Origin: Zygnema circumcarinatum SAG 698-1b
Lineage: Eukaryota > Plantae > Zygnematophyceae
Direction of reading: 5' to 3'
DNA: 64,000 nucleotides
Assembly: GCA_037447605.1 (NCBI GenBank)
Contig: CM074817.1
Span: forward strand, 992,001 to 1,056,000
In this document: in pieces, positions 50,001 to 64,000 of the stretch
How positions within the stretch are numbered: position 1 is the stretch's first letter
Layout of the letters: each line of letters starts with the position of its first letter
Made by a program: the position numbers and the translations under genes
The notes under the pieces: generated by a model
Told to the model about the DNA's origin: nothing
The model's input: the letters and a program-made list of their open reading frames with translations, nothing else
Database searches by the model: none

Positions 50001-52255
50001 CATCACGACTGTGATGGTCGTGATGAATGAGAATTTGGACTCACGATGCATGTAGATTTTAAGGTTGTTAAGAACGTGAAGGTGTCCCCGGCTGCATATA
50101 TGTCTGCGTTCATTGAATCATTTAACTATGAAGTAGAGTTTCAGATGTAGCATGTAGCCCACAGTTGCCTCCAGACTAGAAAGGTAACCTGCACATAGAC
50201 TCCCACGCTCTCCCGCAATCGAGGAAGGTTCTCCGCATCGATAAGAGATTCGATTGCTGCCGAGGGCTTCAGCTCTCTAAAGCAGCGTTGAAATTGCTGC
50301 TGAAGATCGCAGGACGGGGGGTCTGCCTGCCATTACAAAAGAAAAAGAAAGGAAAGATGTCAAATTCCCCAAAATCTAATTCTAACAATCAGCCACTTAA
50401 CAGACCTAACTAAGGGAAAAATGCAGAGAGAAGGTACATACCCATCCTGGCCAGTCGCTGAGGCCGGGGGCCACTGAGAGTTTGACACCTGGCATGATTC
50501 CTTTGAGAGGCCAGGGTATGCCAAAAGTGAGCCTCCGTTCCAACTGTCCACTTGCAGCACCCTCTCCCGGCGACTCACAGATTGATGAATTCACCTGAAG
50601 GAGAACATCTGCAACAAACAGCAATCAGTAAAGTGCCGCATAATTAGCTTCCATTTTACAGCACAAACCATTCAAACGCATGTGTAGGCCGTTCCATGTA
50701 CTTTCCAGCCTACTTATTCAGAGGTGCGAGAAATTTCAAAGGAACTACGAGGGACATACACAGGAACCCTCTGTTTCCTGTTACCTCAAACTCAGGAAAT
50801 GTTGGGGGAGCTTCAAAGTCTTCCTTCTTCTCCTGCACATCATAGTGGTGCTGCTGGAAAAGGTCCTTAAATTTAGCATGCGGGATGTGTTGATCTGATG
50901 CCCAAAGGTATCGCGTCTTTGCTTCTGTTAATGCTGCATAAGCCTCCACCAAGCACAATGTATACATCCGGGTCCCGATATCACCCTGTTGAATAAGCAG
51001 AAGGAAAGCTCTCCAATAACTTTAGACAAGGGTAAAATTAAACATTTCCCAGGATATTGAAGATAAAATGTTTCAGCCCTAAAATCCAAGAGAAATTTCC
51101 ATTGCTGGCTTAGGCAAGATCTGAGGTTACGAATGCACTTTTAGGTTCTACAAAAACAAAAAATCTTAAATGTCACAGAAACTTTTTCTCGTGAGACCCA
51201 GTTTCTAAGTATCTGCGAATATCACAATTTCAATGTTTCACTTGGGCAAATACGAACTATTGAGTTTGTAGACACATAAGACAAACTTGCAGTAGATATG
51301 AGGGCATGAAAACAACTGACACCAACAAAACATGGTTTTGGTGCTAACATCAACGTAAAAAACTGTTCTATTCTAAAAGTAGCTATCCTCAAGATTGGCA
51401 CCAAGAGGGTTCCGAACCCTAAACTTGGAAGAGGATAAGCGTTCCAAACCTTATGTCAGAAGGTACAGCGTACGCTCGAGATCATGTAACCTGATTTTTG
51501 AATGGGATCCTAAAAAAATGAAGCTAGATTTCATTGTTAACTGGACAACTGCATTACTTGCAGCTCAAATTTCGATCTTCGTAATGAGTTTAAGCATGAA
51601 GGCGTTTCGACTTCGTATGAAAGTCTCTTATCTTTCACAAACGATTAAGTGCCGTAATAGGGCAAGATTCTTCGCGCGCTAATCTTGCCAATCCCTCCAC
51701 ACTTACTTTGACTGATGAAATTCTCGACTTGGCAATGATTCCAAACTTTCTTATATTGCGTGGACTTTTTTAGTTATGGCAGAGTATAAGAGACTTCTTC
51801 ATGATCAACGACTACTTTATCGTATATACATTACATTATCCACGAGTAGCCTTTGGAGCACTCTTCATGCCAAACTTAAGACGAGCAACCATGTAGTGCA
51901 TATTGCCTTACAATATCCAAAATTAGGGTGCCAGCAGCCATAAGACCAGCAAACATGTCCTGCTACAAAAAAACACCTTCCAAGAAATTAGGGTTTCGGA
52001 GCCGACCTTGAGAACAGCAACCATATCCGCCGCGCCGCAGCGCTTGAGCGAGGGGCTGAGGCTGCACAGGCGCGCGTCCACATAGGCGATAGTGTTGGAG
52101 AGCTGCGCGGGCCTCTTCTTCTGCGGGGGCACAGGGAGAGGGCGCAGCGGTGCCGCCATGAGCCTGCGGTGGCTCTGCACGACCAAACTCAGGGCAACGA
52201 GCAGGATGAAGAAGAATATGGCTTTGAAAATGTGGGAGCTTCTTGAGGACGCCAT
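47046..52255 (-). CDS. Golgi type-II membrane carbohydrate sulfotransferase (Sulfotransfer_2, CHST/HNK-1ST-like) with an additional N-terminal luminal domain
   Basis: N-terminal TM (KAIFFFILLVALSLVV); PAPS-binding motifs IYCSVPKVACTSWK and FKFTFVRNPFSRALSVYLDK; HIAPQ, YDFVGRFENLEED and terminal YAMDFE. Linking the upstream exons (50986-50709, 50609-50442, 50326-50189, ~50126-50046, 49949-49449) to the catalytic exons is inferred. Confidence 0.78.
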
Positions 52256-52334
52256 GGCTGCTGGGAAGGGGGGAGCGCTGCAGTAAGGGAGGCTGGCACT
52301 GAGGCTGAGAAAGGTCGTAAGAGAGGGAAAGGGG

Positions 52335-53128
<794 letters not shown>

Positions 53129-53437
53129 GCGAGAGGTGAAAACGGCCTTCAAGGCTTCACCTCTGCTCTGCTGCTCGCCGAGGCTGGTTCCAAGCTCTCA
53201 AGCCAGACCAATCAAGGACTGTCACGTGGGCACATTTGCTGAGTTGGCAGACTCCGATTGGTTCAGTCCGTACAGGTACGCCCTCCCCGCGGTGTGCCTC
53301 GGCAGAGGCCGTTCGACCGCTGCCCTTTCAGGGGAAACTGTACGGTCATGTACAGGAGTACGGAACCCATCCATGGATTCCATGGTGGAGGGAGGCATCT
53401 TTTGTGCTTCGGTTCTTGGTGACCAGTTAGTTGTTCC

Positions 53438-53647
53438 TCGTGGTTTCTTCCCCATGATGATGATGTTGTGCATGTACATTTGATGGCATCAGCTTCTCCA
53501 TTATTTTACAGAATAGTATAGATGGAGATGTGCTGTTAAATGTTCGTCGTGGTTTCTTCCCCATGATGATGATGTTGGGCATGTACAGTTGATGGCATCA
53601 TCTTCTCCATTATGTTACGGAATAATAAAAGATGGAGATGTACTGTT
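53438..53647. repeat. ~108-bp imperfect tandem duplication
   Basis: TCGTGGTTTCTTCCCCATGATGATGATGTTG...GATGGAGATGT(G/A)CTGTT occurs twice in tandem. Confidence 0.85.
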
Positions 53648-55274
53648 TGGTTGAACTTTAATGGTCAAAGCACACACTGGGAGGGATTGGATTTGAACCT
53701 TGCCAAAGGAAGGGCAGGTTTGATACAACAACTAGATCATATGAGGCCGCGAGCAACAAAAGAACAACATGCAATGCAATGTGTCTTTGAACTCTGCTGT
53801 ACAACGAAGAGCAAAAACTTGCTCTAAAAACTAATCCCTATTCACTAATCATTATTATTCAGCTTCAATCTGAATTTCCCCTAACCTGATCTGAACTGAA
53901 CTGAAATGGAAAATGAAGCTGAATAATGAATTTGGAAAGAAATGAAATAAAAAAGCAGCACTGATGATGCTGCTGACGACCCTGCAGCGTTCAGCAAGCA
54001 GACGACTTGCTCCGCCTCCCTTTCTCCGCTTATTACACTCTCACTGTACACAAAAGGAACTGAACTGAACCCCGATATTGGGCCCGGAACAAATCTGAAG
54101 AGCAGGGACCGCCGCCTTCCATGGCCCCCCTGCGTCCCCTCCCTCCCTTCTTCCCTCCCTCCCTCCCTCCCTCCCTCCCTCCCAGCGGGCAGGCGGGCCT
54201 GGACTGGAGGCTTACAATAAGAAGCCCAGATGCCTCCTTCCGCCACATGAGCGAGACAAGCGGCACCTTGAGGGTGAGCTCACACCTGGACGCGCTTTCC
54301 CACCCGCGCGCTGTGGCGGAAGCGACAAGCGCCCAATGGAACAGCACCACGTGGATTTAGGGATGGCGTGGCACTTTCCATGTGAGAGGCTTGTTCTATG
54401 GTTTGCAACAGGGGTAGGGATTGATATGAGTCACGTGGCGCTTGCCCATTGGAGGTAACGACCTCAGACAAGTGTGCTCCGTGCTGGCGGCGACAGTTTA
54501 GTCGTTTGGTTGGTTTCTATGTCTCTTTGTCACGTCACGCTAGTCCTCTCGTGACTGCATGGGCCTAGTTGGTTATTCACTACTCATCTTGGAGTGAGTG
54601 TTGGAGATGAACCATCCGCGGCCATTAGGGTTTGGGCCAGGGTTGGGATAGGGTGGCTGTAGAGTGAGAGAGAGAGAGAGAGAGAGGATAGGGGGAAGAA
54701 AGAGGGGAGAGAGGGAGAGGGACAGGGAGAGGGACAGGGAGAGGGAGAGGGAGAGGGAGAGGGAGAGGGAGAGGGAGAGGGAGAGGGAGAGGGAGGGCAG
54801 GGGGAAGAGAGAGAGGGAGAGGGGGAGAGAGAGGGGTGAGAGAGAAGAAGCCAGGAATCTCTGGTACAGCCATGGGAGACTGCTGCTGATCAGCCTTTTT
54901 GCTCTATCAGGTATAGCACGCCGCTGCTCCCTCTCCCTTTCCCTCTCCCTCTCTCTTTCCCTTTCCTGCTCCCTTTCTCTCCCTCTCCCTTGCCCTCTCG
55001 TCACCTCCTTTCTCCTTCTCTCCTCTTTAATTTTGTTCACGAATGGAGCGAACATGTCCTGGCGTTGCCAGACAGAGTCTGTCCCATTAACGCCAATTCC
55101 TATTTCCCATAGGCTCCTTCCAATGTGCTCGAGACAGATACAGATTTCTTCCTTTTTCGTTGGCTAAAAATGCAAATTAGCAAATAAAGTCGAGGGTAAA
55201 GAGCTTGTGTGTGGTTGGGGCAGCTCACATTCAACATTCCTGCTGGAGTCGCTTCACTCTTTTTACTTCCTCTG

Positions 55275-61672
<6,398 letters not shown>

Positions 61673-61677
61673 ATGGG

Positions 61678-61935
61678 AGTTGACTTCGTTGTGGACTTTG
61701 TCGACTTCGTTGTGGGCTTTGTCGACTTCGTTGTGGGCTTTGTCGACTTCGTTGTGGGCTTTGTCGACTTCGTTGTGGGCTTTGCTGACTTCGTTGTGGG
61801 TTTGGTTGACTTCGTTTTGGTTTTGGTTGACTTAGTTGTGGACATTGTCGACTTTGGTGTGGACTTTGTTGACGTCGTTGTGGATTTTATCGACTTCGGT
61901 GTGGACTGTGTTGACTTCGTTGTGGACTTTGTTGA
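61678..61935. repeat. 21-bp minisatellite (~12 copies) directly after the NOM1 stop codon
   Basis: Unit TTTGTCGACTTCGTTGTGGGC with variants. Confidence 0.92.
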
Positions 61936-62049
61936 GACAATGTGAATGCAAAGCCGCATGGCTCAGTGTGGTTTGCTCCATGTGGATTGGGTCCAATAGT
62001 TTGAAAGAACACGCGACGATGTTGATTGACTAATCAAACGCGGTTAGTT

Positions 62050-62630
62050 AGTCACAAAGCACTCGGCGAACTTTTAGCGTGACGTGACACAGCGACCAGC
62101 TAGACGACTAGACCTTTTGGAGGCCGCACGGACCGCACGTGCCGTGATTCGTGACCGCCAATTAGAGAGCGCCAAGTGACTCCCGTCTGTCCCTTTCCCT
62201 GTCACTAACCGTAAAACAAGCGTCGGCCATCTTTCTCACATGGACAACGCCACGTCAGCCCTATGTCACGTGGCGCTGTCCCACTGGAGCTTGCTCTTCC
62301 GGACCACAGCGCGCGTGTGGAAAAGCGCGTCCCGCGGGATGGGAGGACCGTCGCACGTCCGTCGTACTTCGTCGCATGGCGTCGCAGGTAATCGCAACAC
62401 GCGTCAAGCAGCGCATGCCGGGTCTGCGGGAACACGTGGCGCTCTCCGGGCCACGGTGTGGGCTCACCGCGGCCTTATCCGCGTACAGGCACCAGGCACA
62501 TCCGCTCTCGCACGCATATGTAGGGAACGTGCCCAGCACGCAGCGTGAGTCGACAGCCAATCAGCGCGCGCCACGTTGACACTGTTCTCCACGTGGCATC
62601 TCGCGATTGGTCGTCCATGCGCGTATAACA
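62050..62630 (+). promoter_or_regulatory. G-box/ABRE-dense putative promoter of the downstream orphan gene
   Basis: Multiple CACGTG/ACGTGGC/GCCACGT motifs, CCAAT at ~62558 and TATAA at ~62624. Confidence 0.5.
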
Positions 62631-62731
62631 AGGAGCCCCCTCCCCCTTGCAAGCGCTCTTTCTCTCTCTTCTCTCCCTCCTCCCTACCTACCAAGCTCAA
62701 GCACTCGGCTCTCTGCTATCCGCCGGCAGCC

Positions 62732-63898
62732 ATGGCGGACCTTGCGTTCCCTGTGAAATGGGTGGAGGAATTCGATATTGCGGTGCCAATGGAGACGGAT
62801 GTGATATTTGAGACGGTTGAGACAGTTGAGACGTTTCAGGCAGTGGAGACGAAGGATGTGCGGCCTCGGTTGAACGACGAGTTCAGCATGGGCCCTGTCG
62901 CGATGCTGCTCTTGAGTTTGTTGGTGTGGGCCGCGAGGGGCACGCTCTTCACGCAATGGGAGTTTGTGCAGCTGGCGATTGTGTTTGTCGTTTTAGGAGC
63001 GTTCGTCGCCAGGATGTGCAATCTGCTGGCGCTTATGCATCTGAAGCAACTTTCGGTGCATTATTACAGTAAGGTAAGGAAAGGGTTGTTGCAAGGCACA
63101 TTCACTTGTTCGATTACGCGATAGCTCTATTTGGGAACCAAATACAATATTTATTTTGAAGCTAAACGAGTTTTCGCGTTTGCTTTGCAGAACCCTCACT
63201 TTGAGGATGCTTCGCTCAGAAGACTTTACAGCCGAGAGAATAGCGCGCGGGTGGATTATTCCACGCAGCACACAGGTTTGGTTCTGAACTCTCGACTGGA
63301 ATAAATTGGCACTTTGTCTTGAAAGGTTGAGTTGTAGGTTCAATTTCTTTCTTTTGTTTGACTTCGCAATCGATCAAAATTGTTGCATGCAAAATCAGAG
63401 TTTGGGCTAGACAGTGACAGGAACAGGTTCATGATGAGGGTTGGGGGACTGGAATTGCAACTAAGGTTGAGTGCCTGCAGCTTCATTGGCTTGATGGTCG
63501 GAATAACTGAATAAATGATTCTTCAAAATGTAGAACAGAATTCTTAATGTACGTAGTACATTAGTAGAAGGCTTGATGGTCGGAATAACTGAAGGAATAC
63601 AGGGGTGTTTGTGCGTGTCTATCTCTGTGCAGTTCTGCGGTCCGCTACAAAGAAAGCGGCACGAGAGGACATCATGCGCTCGGGTTTCTACATGCTCGTG
63701 GCTCGGGTCTTTGCGCCAGACGCCTTGGACAAGTCCGCATGGGACCTTTTGCAGTTGGCACTCTCCCTCCTTCTTGTCACACTGATTGTCCTCGACATCA
63801 CCAATCTGCTGATGAAGAAGAAGTTGGAGCGATTGTTTGATACGATGTTTCACGCGGTATGTGCACCTCCATACAAAGCCGCAGGATTGTTTCGATAA
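62732..63898 (+). CDS. Hypothetical multi-pass membrane protein (3 exons)
   Basis: GCCATGG start; exons ~62732-63073, ~63191-63275 and ~63633-63898 join in frame with GT-AG; 3-4 hydrophobic segments; no recognised family. Confidence 0.55.
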
Positions 63899-64000
63899 CT
63901 TGTCTCTGAAATAAAGAAATGGATCAGAAAACATTTTTTTTGCAGCCTTTGCTTGATGTAGTTGCATTGAGTTCGCTTTACTGCGGGAATGAATGAACTG

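Noticed and set aside
61678-61935. CRISPR-like array
   Set aside because: Contiguous tandem units without unique spacers, eukaryotic context and no cas genes.

Overview
Intron-rich eukaryotic genomic DNA from a green plant. The gene content (BELL homeobox, CYP727-type P450, plastid-targeted argininosuccinate synthase) and huge GA/CT tracts suggest a streptophyte alga or other non-seed plant; this placement is inference. The window holds about 11 spliced genes: a BEL1-like TALE homeobox gene (minus strand, runs off the left edge), a CYP727-like P450, pelota, a DENND6-like gene cut by an assembly gap, a Harbinger-type Myb/SANT-like gene, argininosuccinate synthase, RPS17, RPL3, a Golgi type-II carbohydrate sulfotransferase with an extra N-terminal domain, NOM1/Sgd1 and an orphan membrane protein. 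The intergenic DNA holds MITE-like elements, an inverted copy of part of the BELL gene, microsatellites and dense ACGT/GTAC motif clusters. The most unusual pattern is in intron architecture: many acceptors (7 of 12 in the NOM1 model) have G/purine-rich sequence instead of a polypyrimidine tract, and some are complementary to pyrimidine tracts near the donor, suggesting structure-assisted splicing. Exon boundaries and family assignments were made by eye and from recalled motifs, with no database searches. Most long ORFs in the supplied track over GA/CT repeats are artefacts.
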